Positions 14,260 to 26,312 of a stretch of 64,000 nucleotides of DNA are shown piece by piece (position 1 is the first letter of the stretch; every line of letters starts with the position of its first letter). Below the pieces are notes generated by a model. It worked only from the letters and a program-made list of their open reading frames with translations. It ran no database searches and had not been told where the DNA came from. The stretch comes from Crassostrea angulata (Eukaryota): assembly GCF_025612915.1 (NCBI RefSeq), contig NC_069116.1, positions 24,579,051 through 24,643,050 of the forward strand, read 5' to 3'. A program made the position numbers and the translations under genes.

Positions 14260-17200
14260 ACAAACTTTCAAACTTTATTATTTATATCCGTAGTTTGTGA
14301 ATGACAACATAAACAGTGAAAACTATAATACAGTTTGCGTCATAGTACTAGGTATGGATTTCCATTGAGGAGTTTTCACGTGTATTTGATTTCTTGATCC
14401 TAAACTATTTTGACAATTTGTCAAATTACACAAAGGGTGTGTCAAAAGAACAAGACTCCTAGTATCAAGCGAACACTTAGATAGGAGATAGCCATCTTGA
14501 CGAATTGATCTTGTACTTTAGACGTTTAAAATTTTCTAAATGTTTTCACCGAGAGATTTTTTTCTTCATGCTTTTATGCAACAATTAAAGTCGTATTAGC
14601 TTGGTAACCACCCATAATCAAGTTTACATTTGGGAAGTCATCATTTCAGAGAATGGCTGTGACACTTTCCATTATCAAACGCTGATCAGATATTCAATTT
14701 AACGGCTTTGTATACAAATCAAAGAACTTCGACGTTTAGAGAAAAAAAAAATGATCTGAGATTTGATAATCTTGGAACCTGCAATCAATGCAGTCTGCTT
14801 AAACATATTTAGAACAAACCTTTATTTCTTTTTTACCCACGCAACGAGATAAAGAAGAAACTTCACCGAATGATCACATTTGTCAATCTTATACGTTAAG
14901 TATGAATGACGACAAATTTTAAGTCCATCAAATTATGTAAAGACTTTGGATAGTAATTGCAGGGAGGGACCGGGGTCCATTTTGGTACCAGTGTATATAA
15001 CACTGGGTAGGTGGTGGCCCTTTTTTGACTGATGTCATGTACGTGATATGGCAACGACAGTTTTTTTTTCCTTTTTAGCAGCGGGCACATCAAAAAACAG
15101 TAGAGACCACCCAATTTACTGCAAACACTGACATTTTCGACGCTTTGATGAAATACTTGCTGCACTCTATGTGTGTAAATTTTGACAATATTTACTGTTA
15201 AAATTGCTTGAGTAATTTTTTTTTTTAAATTAGACTTTAAAACTATATTTTCTGAATAAAAAAGACATGGAGAAATAAAATTAAGCTTTGTCGTATGTTG
15301 GTATTCTTAAAGGAAAATTACAAATATATATGATATTTACATATATATGAAAAAAAAATTAAGAAAACGAGAAGAAAATTTAAGATACTTTTTAAAAAGT
15401 TAAGAAAATGTATACAATATGTGCAATGAAGCACAATAATACTTGATTTTGCTTTCGTTGATCTAGTATTATTACTTCTCTTTAAATCTCTTTTTCTTCT
15501 GTATGATAGTAAAAAAAAGGTAAAACTACAGAGAACATCAAGGCATTACATCATAAGCCTATGTAGCATATTGTCTGAATAATTTTCAAATACATGCATT
15601 GTTATACACTTCCTGTAGATATATTTTCAATCTGTACATTGACAGTATTTCATTTTCATTGCGCGAATATAAGATATATATTGATACAGGAATCGACAAC
15701 GAACAACCCCACGCGATAGTAGTTAAGTTTAGTGAAAATATTATAACTTATTAATAAAAAATCAATAATAACCGTTAAACTTTTCATATTCCCCTTCTTT
15801 CTTATTTAATTCTTTCATTTATTCTTTCTCTCTCTCTCATTTGAGCTTTAACTAAACGATGCTATGAGAAAACCTCAGTAGGATAACAAACAAAACTCGA
15901 TAAAATTAGAGATGTCCTGTTTCTCTATATTCAGCCACGCGCCTTCGTGAAATCAATGTAAAATTTGCCGTAGTACAATGCTAACCAAAATAGTCGACAA
16001 TTAAGTAATTCACCCCAATTAAATTATCATGGTGTAAATGATCCGAAAACGTTTGCTCATATCTTATTATGAATATCCGAGGGAAGAAAAATGGTTTCTT
16101 TCCGAACATAATTCTGTAGATTTCTAAAAATACAAAATCGCTTATTCTGTCCATCTCTGATGGCCAGTAACACAAAGAAGCTTTATTATATTCCATGAGA
16201 GACTACAGTTATCTTGACTTTTCCACCTTCAAATTCTGAAGAACTGTTTCCGGTTTTTAGACACTGGGCGTCGGAGTAGGAACAATAAATCTCTCTTGTC
16301 ATTTTCAAACATTTTAATATCTTTCAGAAATATTTTTTTAGAAAGGATATTCGACTACTTTGGACACAAGTGTCTTAAATTGCACAAAGAACGTATCAAG
16401 TATTGACACTGATACCTTGTGACGTCCAAATGGTGCTCATTTGATGTCTTTGACGTCATATTTATATTGACTATACATTTGAAAGAACTAAGCCCCGCTG
16501 ACAACATTTGTTTTAAAGTCAATTGTTTCTTTTTTGGAAAATGATCGATGCTATTTCAAACTACAATACTATTTCCATTGAGTATTTTCTCATATATTCC
16601 GATTGTTGTTTGGAACAGGGCACAATATTGTTTATAAGAAGTTGTCAACCGTTTTGCTGGATTTACTCGGTTAAAACAGGATGAAAGCACTTGACCAAAT
16701 TGGGCGATGTGTCAGAGGTCAGATACGGATTATCACTTCCATCTATAACGCACTTTAACATGTACATTTCAAACGTATTAAATTGTTTACATATTTACAA
16801 ACAGTATTTCTTCTTGGTTTAATCGGGTTTTGCGGTCTCAATCATTGTAATGAAAACTATACACAATCCAATGATTATGGTCATGATTTCTGAATAAGAG
16901 AAAAAATCTTCATATTAAGGTACACCAAGACTCTTCTGCTGAATTTAAAATTCCGATACATAACAAAATATGTTCGTAACATTACAGTATCCGACGTTAA
17001 TCTCTGAATGAACCCGTGATATTTGTTATTCTATTTGTCAACGAATATCTACAGGACTTCAAAAAGGTAGTTCTTGGTAATATTTCGATTAGCAACAAGT
17101 CATAAAATATCCGCAACTTTTACTTTCACTTTCAATATTGCGAGCGTTGCAAGGTTTAATTTGAGCATATTTTATAAAGTATGAGAAACAAGTTTTATCA

Positions 17201-18496
17201 ACTTACATGCTCTGTTCCTTATGTACAAGACTATTTGAAATTGTCATGTAAAGAATAGTAAAGGAAGTAACTAATACAATGCATTTATAAACAATATACT
17301 ATAATAACAACATAACAGAAAATAGATGACAAGTGATAACATTATTTTGAACTAAAACTTAATTATTATTATTATTATTAAAAGATTAATAATATTATTC
17401 TCTCAATAAAAAAACTAATACACACGAACATGTATATATACATGTTTATGTATTTGTTATGACGATAATAGATACTGATTGTGATTTATATCTTTATATA
17501 TAATACTGAAATAATATTCCATATTCATGAATAAATTTGCGAACTGCTGGGAAAACGAAGCAGTTAGTTACATGGGTAATCAAGAAGTCACGACTACCAG
17601 AATGTACATACATCTGTATGTAATACGTTGCTAATGTTAAAACCAGTACAATCCAAATCAATTTGAAAATTGTATTGAAGTTCAGCATTGTATTTATAGT
17701 TTCGTCCATACTAAAACGTGCAGGAAAAAAATAGTTGGCCTATAAAGTTTTGAACAGTCACCAATAATTTGGCACAAGAGCACAAAGGACAGTGTTCTGT
17801 CACACGGAAAATTTAACCTTGTTAGGCAACATTGTGGATTAATTGAGGAACCGTTTTACAGCAATTTGTAAATTTAGATTCCATATTGTTTTGTCTAGTT
17901 GTCACGCTTCTATCGCAGATTTCACAGATTTAGACAGAGATTAACTCAGTACAAGATGGTCAAGCGAAAGTGAGATCAAAACCCGAAACGTCATTAGAAC
18001 ACAAAGGGTATACTATCACAAAAAGCTAGTTTCCAGCAAATGAACACAATTATTCATCCAGGTGAATAATTGTTTTATAATATTTTACCACTATTTTGAC
18101 AAACGAATAGGAAAAATTCATGCAATGTATTCTTGGAATATTAAATCAAATCGACACTTTCCTGATGCTTTTTAGTTCACCTGAACCAAACGAGATTTAA
18201 CTTTTTGTTTGCATATCGTCAGTCTTAGTTTTTACATTCAGAACCACTGAGATATTTTTACCTAAGTTGGAACAATCAAACCTTAAGTACAACTTTTTTT
18301 TTGTAAATTGTTGAAATGATGGAACCAGATCCTTTAATGGAATATAAACAAGGAACGAAAATAAAAAAGAGTTGCTTTATAATTACTATTATTCTCGTCA
18401 AGAACCAAATAGCAATTAATGTAAAAACTGTTACATGAAGTTTCATATATAATTATGATAAGGTAGAAATTGAAGTTAATACAAATCGTGATACCC

Positions 18497-18780
18497 GGTT
18501 TCAAACACAAGTGCTTGAGGACAGGATCTAGATGGACAAAGTTAGCAATCTTCTTGTATTATATATGTAGAGGGTCTGATTTTTTAAAAATATTTGTTTT
18601 AGGTAATTTTGGACAATGAATGTATAAATTAGATTAGAAATATGTCATAAAAGGATAATTTAATAAAAAATAATAATAAAGTCCCGGGGGTCTATAATCT
18701 TTGGGGGGGGGGGGGGGGGTGATGTTGGATTGGGGGGGGGGGGGGTTTCGATCCTGTCCTCAAGCATCTGTGGTTTCAAG
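18497..18780. mobile_element. MITE-like element of about 280 bp with ~30 bp imperfect TIRs (TTTCAAACACAAGTGCTTGAGGACAGGATC). It contains long G homopolymers.
   Basis: The left TIR is at 18499-18528 and its inverted copy is at 18750-18779. Inside are G14-17 runs and the motif CCCGGGGGTCTATA, which also occurs at 12705. Confidence 0.5.
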
Positions 18781-20892
18781 AAGGTAGCCGAAATAGGGAA
18801 AGGGTAAACGAACACAAAGGGAAAAAAAAAGAGATGAAAATACTGTATAATCTTATTCTTATTGATACAAAGACTATTTATTAAAATAAGAAGGTATTTA
18901 TAAGTTTTAACTTCATATCATAGCCCCTTCATGTCAGAGAAAGAAGCAAGCTAGCATGAAGAAATTTGCAAATACTCTAGTACTTTGTTTGCTTTTTTTT
19001 CCACATACAGGATTAACAAGAAAAATAGTTTAAGTATTACATGTTCATAAAAAATGATGCATGTGATTGAAGAAAAAAAATCGATTGAAGATCATGATCA
19101 TGGTAGAAAAAAATCATGAAATTGAATTGTTTGGATGAACAAGCTAACAGTGACCTATGAATTCAGACGATGACAGAGTCCGAAAATGGTATACACAAGA
19201 ATGCGTTCAAAATGTTCTTAGTAATATGAAAGCATACAATGGTTTGTGAAATACTAGTAAGTATGTAAGTAAGGTTGTATTATCAGTTACAGTTTCTAGT
19301 TTATTCGACATGGACATGTACCTTGACCCATTCAAATTATAAAACGAACCAAATTTAATTTAATTTAAACATATTTTTATTCAATAAACTCAGGAAGATT
19401 GGACAACAAGTATAGCCTATGCAAATCCTCTCCTTGTATAAGAAAGTTAAACCTGAATACGAGTAGTTGTATACTAAATGATGAAAGGTTACAATAAAAA
19501 TAAAAATCAGAACGCTTTACGCATAATAGTTCTTTAATACAATTTACAATTGTTCTCCTATGATTATTCATATTTTGAAAAGTTTTAGTTGAAACTCCAG
19601 GACAGACTTATATATACATACAGCAATGTATGTCATCATACAGTTGCGCAAGAGGGTACAACAAAATTCTGACGTCATCAGTCCTAGTTTCTACAGATGT
19701 CATAAATCTAAATAAATATGATGGTTTGCAATTAACGACACGCCTTCCTGCTAAAAATGGGCCTTGTGTTATTGCATGAATTAACCTACAACAGAAACTA
19801 GGAAAATATTAATACACTGTACATTAATTTACGCTGCATTAAACATTTCCACATAATCCGGAACTACATCACAAAAACAATGGCCGGAGATATTTTCTGT
19901 GATACATACTTGTTACCTTTTTGAATTTTCCGATATAAGGTCGTGTAATTTTACTTTGGTGCTTAATTTACTGTGCTTTATGGCTATAGTTTGAGGATTT
20001 TGTCAGAAACGTTTTTTCTTTATCTGCGGTATTATATCGTCTGAGGTTCGGCCAACTTTTATGTAAAGATTTTTTTTGGACAATTTTATCAATTTCTTAA
20101 TTCAAGAAATGCCAAGAGGATTAGAAGATAATTCCCTTACGCGATATTGGCATTTACACTTATAGTAGATTGCTCCCAGAACATGCTTTCAACATTGCAG
20201 AACTGTTTGCACCTTACATTCTCTTTCCAATTCAAGAAAATCGCCGTTTAGTTGTGACGTATTCCAATGAAATAAGAAGTATTGAATGGTGTTCGAATTT
20301 CTTGCTCCATTAATATTTCCGGGGTCTAATAACTAGCGGAAATGCCATGTGAAGTAAATAGAATTATGATAGCTATTTGCTGATTATCAATATAGATTGA
20401 AATAATTCGAAAAATACCAATAACTCATTGGGAAAAAAGTTGAGATATCACAAGTTTGTTCGTATATTTATTGTGATAATGATTACATTTATTGATGTAA
20501 CACCGTAGTTATTTTGTTTCTTACTTTTCATTGGGGTCACTGGTTAGGTATGCTACTAGTACATGTACGTAACACGGAGACTTCGGGGATAATTCAATGA
20601 AATGAAATATTTACGTGAAAGCTTAAATCAAAGTACTGAAGAACTGACGGGAGTTGATTTTGTCGATGTTTATTTATTTTAAAAATCAATGATAAGTTAT
20701 TTTGCATGACAAGTACATGTTGTTTCTAATTTGAATTACGCACATTTTTATAATATGAATTTTCGGACTTTTTCGACAAGAATGTCGAGAACCCCCATAT
20801 GAATCATGTTAAATAATATTAAAAGATAAAATTAATTCAATCAAACTATGTATCAGTAATAGAAATATTTCTCGAAAATAGTATGGATCCAA

Positions 20893-21008
20893 GCAATATT
20901 GAACTCTAGTCTCGTTCAACTAAACGCTCGGCTGACACCGTAAATCTCCGGCAAGGATTTACGGAGACAGCCGAGCGTCGAATTGAACGAGACTATATTG
21001 AACTCTGG
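20893..21008. repeat. Hairpin of about 115 bp, flanked by short direct repeats ATATTGAACTCT.
   Basis: The stem is tagtctcgttcaactaaacgctcggctgacaccgtaaatc / ggatttacggagacagccgagcgtcgaattgaacgagacta. Confidence 0.7.
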
Positions 21009-21567
21009 CGTAGGAATACATACGACTACAAAAACTATTTAAATTGTTCGTACCATTTAAAATCTGACAATTTTCAAGGTATTTATAAATAAGTTTCCTT
21101 GAAAACAATGCTTTAGCATACATTACATCGAATTTATCAATTATTTTCAAGATTTAAGTCTTGTCAGCAGCAATGATTTGTGCTGAGGTCCAAACACTGT
21201 TTCACTTTCGGTTTGTCTGAGTAACTGCATAGGAAAGTTGATTAAAATCAACTTCAAAAAATCATGTACAACACATTTCATGTGTGGCGCAGACAAGGCA
21301 TTTAACAAATAATACTTGCATAAATCTGTTTACTCTTATTATATACTTTATTCAAAATTCAGATGTAGTGACATACTGTGTTTTTTGAACACATGCCTTC
21401 GCAAATACCTCGTACTTTATCCCACAACATTGACTACATGTACATTATACACTACATTATACCTATTTGTTCCTTCACTATTAAAAAGGAATTTATTTAT
21501 TTCCATTGTTTTTATATTGAACAGTACAATTGTCAAAATGTTAGTTTTACGTAATTTTTGTGTAAAT

Positions 21568-21604
<37 letters not shown>

Positions 21605-22080
21605 GAACAATAGGTATGATAAAGTCAGCTTAATGGAGCCATAATACAAACAATCTGGACAATGTACATTGTTATACTTTCATGTTAAATACTGAAATCT
21701 GATTGGTTAAGACGCAGTTAATAATATTTCCTATTACCCTCAGCGTTAGCAACGCACTTAGCAACGGGTAACATTAAAAAATGTTACATGCACGAAAATT
21801 ATGCGCGTACGGTTCGCTGTAGAATTCACGTTATTCCTATATAAAAACAGTAAAATTTTCTTATAAATTAAGACATTCAGTATTACAAAATAAATGGTGC
21901 CGGTTTGGGAGGGTAACAGTTGAAATTGACACCCCAGGCACTATTTATATAATAATACATGTAGATCCTGTATAAATAAAATCCATTTTCCCCCTTGGAA
22001 CTCGGATAGCCCTGATTGCTGCCAATATTTACAAGAGCAGACTTTAATCACCGCTCCTGCACATATATAGGGACTCAAAG

Positions 22081-22340
22081 TTACGCAGGCAGGGATGACC
22101 GCACACCTACACAACTCACAGGTACCAACGTTAACGCAAGCAGGGATGACCGCACACTTGCGCTAGAAAGGCCAGAACACCAGAAGTGATGACCATACAC
22201 TAGTGCTCCGCCGCAACCACCACCAAGACAAGCAAGTATGACCATACAATTGTATTAATGCGATACAGGGCAGGAAGGACCGCACACTCTGTATCGTAGG
22301 TTAGAAAAACACGAAAATTAGATTTAGCAGGGATGTCCAC
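22081..22340. repeat. Minisatellite of ~50-55 bp units built on CAGGGATGACCGCACAC.
   Basis: The motif recurs at about 22087, 22140, 22186, 22237, 22272 and 22327. Confidence 0.65.
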
Positions 22341-22837
22341 ACCCTCAACCTCTCCGTACCTGTTCAAGTTTAACCCCAAACAGTCGCTCGTCACAATGCA
22401 ATATACACTGTCCCTATATATGTGCCGGCTTAAAATAATTCATAGTGTCTAAAAATTGGAAATCAAAAATAAACAAACCAATCCGGCCTAACCCAAAACT
22501 ACTTATGCAGAACAACTTATATACATTGAATATTTATTATTGTATAAAATTAATTATCACAATAATTGGTTAACAGTGGATGCATTAATTAAAATAATCA
22601 AGAATCAATAAATCAAGGGCAATAACTCAAAACAGTAATACAAAAAGATTCTAATGTAAAAATAGCTGCCTGCTTCAATTTTAGAGTCATATCACATGTT
22701 GAGTATTGCAGTTCTCAAAAAGATCCTTTACAATTGTTTATATATGGGATATTTAGCTACATCAAACTCTGAACCTTCTTGTGAGGCCGAAGAATTGTCC
22801 TGGAGCCAAAGTCTTAACAATTATAAAGAATCATCTT

Positions 22838-23991
22838 CCTGATTAGTTTCTGAGAAGAAGATTTTTAAAGATTTACTCTATATATATTCCTATGTAAAAC
22901 TTTAACACCCCCCCCCCCCCCCCATGTGGCCTCACCCTACCCCCAAGGGTCATGATTTTCACAACTTTGAATCTACACTACCTGAGGATACTTCCCACAA
23001 GTTTCAGCGTTCCTGGCTGATTAGTTTCTGAGAAGAAGATTTTTAAATATTTACTCTATATATTCCTATGTAAAACTTCGACCCCCCCACACCCCCATTG
23101 TGCCCCACCCTACCCCCAGGGATCATGATTTTCACAACTTTGAATCTACACTACCTGAGGATGCTTCCACACAAGTTTCAGCTTTCCTGGCTGATTAATT
23201 TCTGAGAAGAAGATTTTTAAAGATTTACTATATATATTCCTATGTAAAATTTTAACACCCTCCCCCCCAATGTGGCCTCACCCTACCCCCAGGGATCATG
23301 ATTTTCACAACTATGAATCTACACTACCTGAGGATGCCTCCACACAAGTTTCAGCTTTCCTGGCTGATTAGTTTCTGAGAAGAAGATTTTTAAAGGTTTA
23401 CTCTATATATTCCTTTGTAAAACTTCGACCCCCCATTGTGGCCCCACCCTACCCCCAGGGGTCATGATTTTCACAACTTTGAATCTACACTACCTGAGGA
23501 TGCCTTCACACAAATTTCAGCTTTGCTAGCTGATTAGTTTCTGAGAAGAAGATTTTTAAAGATTTACTCTATATATTCCTATGGTAAACGTCGACCCCCC
23601 ATTGTGGCCCCACCCTACCCCCGGGGGTCATGATTTTCACAACTTTGAATCTACACTACCTGAGGATGCTTCCACACAAGTTTCAGCTTTCCTGGCTGTT
23701 TAGTTTCTGAGAAGAAGATTTTTAAAGATTTACTCTATATATTCCTATGTAAAACTTCGACCCCCCATTGTGGCCCCACCCTACCCCCGGGGGTCATGAA
23801 TTTCACAACTTTGAATCTACACTACCTGAGGATGCTTCCACACAAGTTTCAGCTTTCCTGGCTTTCTGGTTCTTGAGAAGAAGATTTTTGAAAATTTCTC
23901 GAAATTTTTCATTAATTTCTAATTATCTCCCCTTGAAAACGGGTGTGGCCCTTAATTTTCACAACTTTGAATCCCCTTTGCCTAAGGATGA

Positions 23992-24023
<32 letters not shown>

Positions 24024-24045
24024 AGTTCTTGAGAAGATGTTGAAA
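22838..24045. repeat. Satellite-like tandem array, about 6.5 copies of a 165-180 bp unit.
   Basis: The unit ctgattagtttctgagaagaagatttttaaagatttactctatatattcctatgtaaaact…ccccattgtggccccaccctacccccaggg…catgattttcacaactttgaatctacactacctgaggatgcttccacacaagtttcagctttcctgg recurs at about 22841, 23023, 23190, 23353, 23529, 23700 and 23867. The spacing is close to one nucleosome. ORF 23768..24025 is an artefact of it. Confidence 0.85.
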
Positions 24046-24060
24046 ATGTGAAAAGTTTAC

Positions 24061-24104
24061 GGACAGACGGACGGACAGACGGACGGACATACGGACGACA
24101 GACA
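24061..24104. repeat. (GGACAGAC/GGACGGAC)n microsatellite.
   Basis: The sequence is ggacagacggacggacagacggacggacatacggacgacagac. A related stretch caaacggacggactgacggacgcag lies at 46782-46806. Confidence 0.8.
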
Positions 24105-24119
24105 AAATGTGATCAGAAT

Positions 24120-24156
<37 letters not shown>

Positions 24157-24235
24157 CTCTTAGCATTTCATATGCAATTCGCGGGTGAAATATTTGCTGA
24201 CCAATCCTCCCCAATAAACTGATAATTGGTTCAAC

Positions 24236-24782
24236 TGCTACAAAGGTCCTTTATCGTCCTTCTCATCTACCACAAAGGACCTATATCCTCCTCTCAAACA
24301 ACCATATAGGACCTTCATCCTTCCTCTCCTCAACTGCAACTAACGACCATGGTCCTCCTCTAAAACTACTATATACATGTAGGACCTTAATCCTTCTTCT
24401 CCTCAACTGCAACTAACGACCATGGTCCTCTTCTTTGGCTACTTCAAAGGAAATTGGTTTTTATCAATTGCAACACAGGATGCGAGTCCTCTTCAACTGC
24501 AACAAAGTACTCGGGTCCTCCTCTTCAACTGTTACATAAGACTCGAGTCCTCTTTAACTGCAACTTCGACTTCACCGCAAAAAAGAACCTGGGTCATCCT
24601 CCTCAACTACTACAAATGACATCGATCTTACTCAACTGCAACATATTAGTCGTGTCCTCCTCAACTGTAACTTAGTACTCTTCAACTGCAACATAGGAAC
24701 CGGGTCTTCCTCTTTAACATAGGACATTGGTCCTCCCCTACAACTGCTACAAAGAACTTGAGTCCTCCTCCTCAACTGCTAT
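24236..24782. repeat. Minisatellite, about 14 degenerate copies of a 36-40 bp unit (GGTCCTCCTCTTCAACTGCAACAAAG…).
   Basis: Repeated gtcctcctc…caactgcaac motifs run throughout. The overlapping ORFs 24422..24619 and 24454..24675 are artefacts. Confidence 0.8.
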
Positions 24783-25244
24783 TAATTTAATGTTTCATTC
24801 ACAAGGTTGGATAGTGTACATTATTTGCAATGGGTTTTCAATACTGGCTAAAATTTTTATCAACAAGAACATGGTGTTTATTAAGCATAAATAATAAACA
24901 GCTACTGGTATTTAAAAAAAATGTGAAAACTGACTTTATTTCCTTCCATTCAAGTCAAACATTAAAAAAGAGATTCATATAAAATACAAGTGTATTGATT
25001 GACAGTCTGATGATCTGATCCTTATTTAGAAATTCTTTTAAGATCCAGTACTTGTCAGGAAACCATATTCCATCATATGAAATCTGAATATTGTGACATC
25101 CAAGTCATGTGACCATACACATACACCAATCATTGAACATATTACATACAGATATGTGAATTTAGTAAATTATATTCATTGCACACACTAACAAGTCCTT
25201 TCACAATTGCACATACAAGTTTTTCATAACATCTCTTGTTGACT

Positions 25245-25364
25245 TTAGTTTTCTTTCTTCTCTTTGGCAATATCTTCATCCTTCTTTTCTTTGCGCACCT
25301 TTAGAGGATTTTGTTTGCATTTTTGATAGATGTTATTGAGATCCAAATCGGCAACCAATCCTTC
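25245..25364 (-). CDS. TMX2: TMX2 terminal exon (120 nt including stop), encoding EGLVADLDLNNIYQKCKQNPLKVRKEKKDEDIAKEKKEN*.
   Basis: The acceptor is ttgctag|GAAGG. The stop TAA is at 25247-25245. It matches the human C-terminus [21 protein letters not shown]…KKDK, a lysine-rich tail with a di-lysine-like ER retrieval motif. A TTTATT (AATAAA on the minus strand) sits about 300 nt downstream at about 24946. Confidence 0.85.
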   Translation of the reverse strand, partial: EGLVADLDLNNIYQKCKQNPLKVRKEKKDEDIAKEKKEN

Positions 25365-25851
25365 CTAGCAAATAAAACAATGAAAAATGCATAGAATAAC
25401 CTGTTTTTTCAATCTTTCAAAAGAATAACAACCCAAAACATTTGAACAAGTCATACACCCCTGAATCTGATAATGAAATAAAAGTACTACTGGTCTGGCG
25501 ACTGTAATTCTGTACAACATTAAAATAACTTGATCTTTTCATGAATTCTAATGTTGAAATCACCCTTTAATATTCAAATTTAATAAAATGGTAATTGATA
25601 ATGTTAAGCCCAAAAATTAATATAAAACTGCAAGTAATTTAAATCAAATATGTGGTTAGAAAGTTTTGTGTTAATTCTTTTAAAAATTGATCTATTTATA
25701 CATCTTCTTAGGTATATATAATTCATATCTAAGTGCATAATTTTTACATTGGATTTGAATATTTTTCTACGGGTAATTAAAAGTTGGGAAGATATTTTCC
25801 ATGGAGGTACCAGATATATTGGAATTTAATCATTATCATAAAACTACACAC

Positions 25852-25981
25852 CTTTGTAAACCTGTAGCGTACGACTGTGCCCTTTGGTGAAATAAATGGT
25901 TTTCTGTTCGTCTCTTTCCCATTTTCAAACACAATCACAGATGGCAGTTGTTTTGACCAAGAACTACTGTCTACATTAAAC
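25852..25981 (-). CDS. TMX2: TMX2 exon 7 (130 nt), encoding KFNVDSSSWSKQLPSVIVFENGKETNRKPFISPKGTVVRYRFTK.
   Basis: It lies within the minus-strand ORF 25777..26052. The acceptor is ctttaag|G and the donor is ACAAAG|gtgtgt. It matches human [41 protein letters not shown]. Confidence 0.85.
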
Positions 25982-26246
25982 CTTAAAGAAAAAAAATTAA
26001 TTTTTAGCTCTTTTAATGACAAAAAATTTAACTCGAGTCCAAACCTATACAAAGATCTTTATGCTGTCGCAGCTGATACAAGCATTCATCATAAAATTAT
26101 CATTAATTGATCATTGATATATAATACTGTAGCAAAGACCTCAAAATCTATTAAAGATAGATATTATATATTCTCATATAAACACAACATTAAAACCTGT
26201 CATGTTTGCTGAGGAATGCTCAAGTTTTTAATTTGCTAGTACTTAC

Positions 26247-26312
26247 TTCTGTCCTACATCTGGATACCTTGACACATCAATTTTTCCAAATTTCAGGTTG
26301 TCAAGTTTGTAT
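26247..26312 (-). CDS. TMX2: TMX2 exon 6 (66 nt), encoding VYKLDNLKFGKIDVSRYPDVGQ.
   Basis: The acceptor is ttttttag|A and the donor is CAGAA|gtaagt. It matches human [24 protein letters not shown]. The phases are consistent, 2 in and 2 out. Confidence 0.8.

Noticed and set aside
23768-24025. ORF 23768..24025 (85 aa) and the other ORFs overlapping 22838-24780.
   Set aside because: They lie entirely within the 170-bp satellite or the minisatellite. The reading frames are products of repeat periodicity, not genes.
22838-24782. Regularly spaced direct repeats that superficially resemble a CRISPR array.
   Set aside because: The sequence is eukaryotic, with spliced metazoan genes and LTR and LINE elements. 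The repeat units are 170 bp or degenerate 36-40 bp, with no unique spacers. This is satellite and minisatellite DNA.
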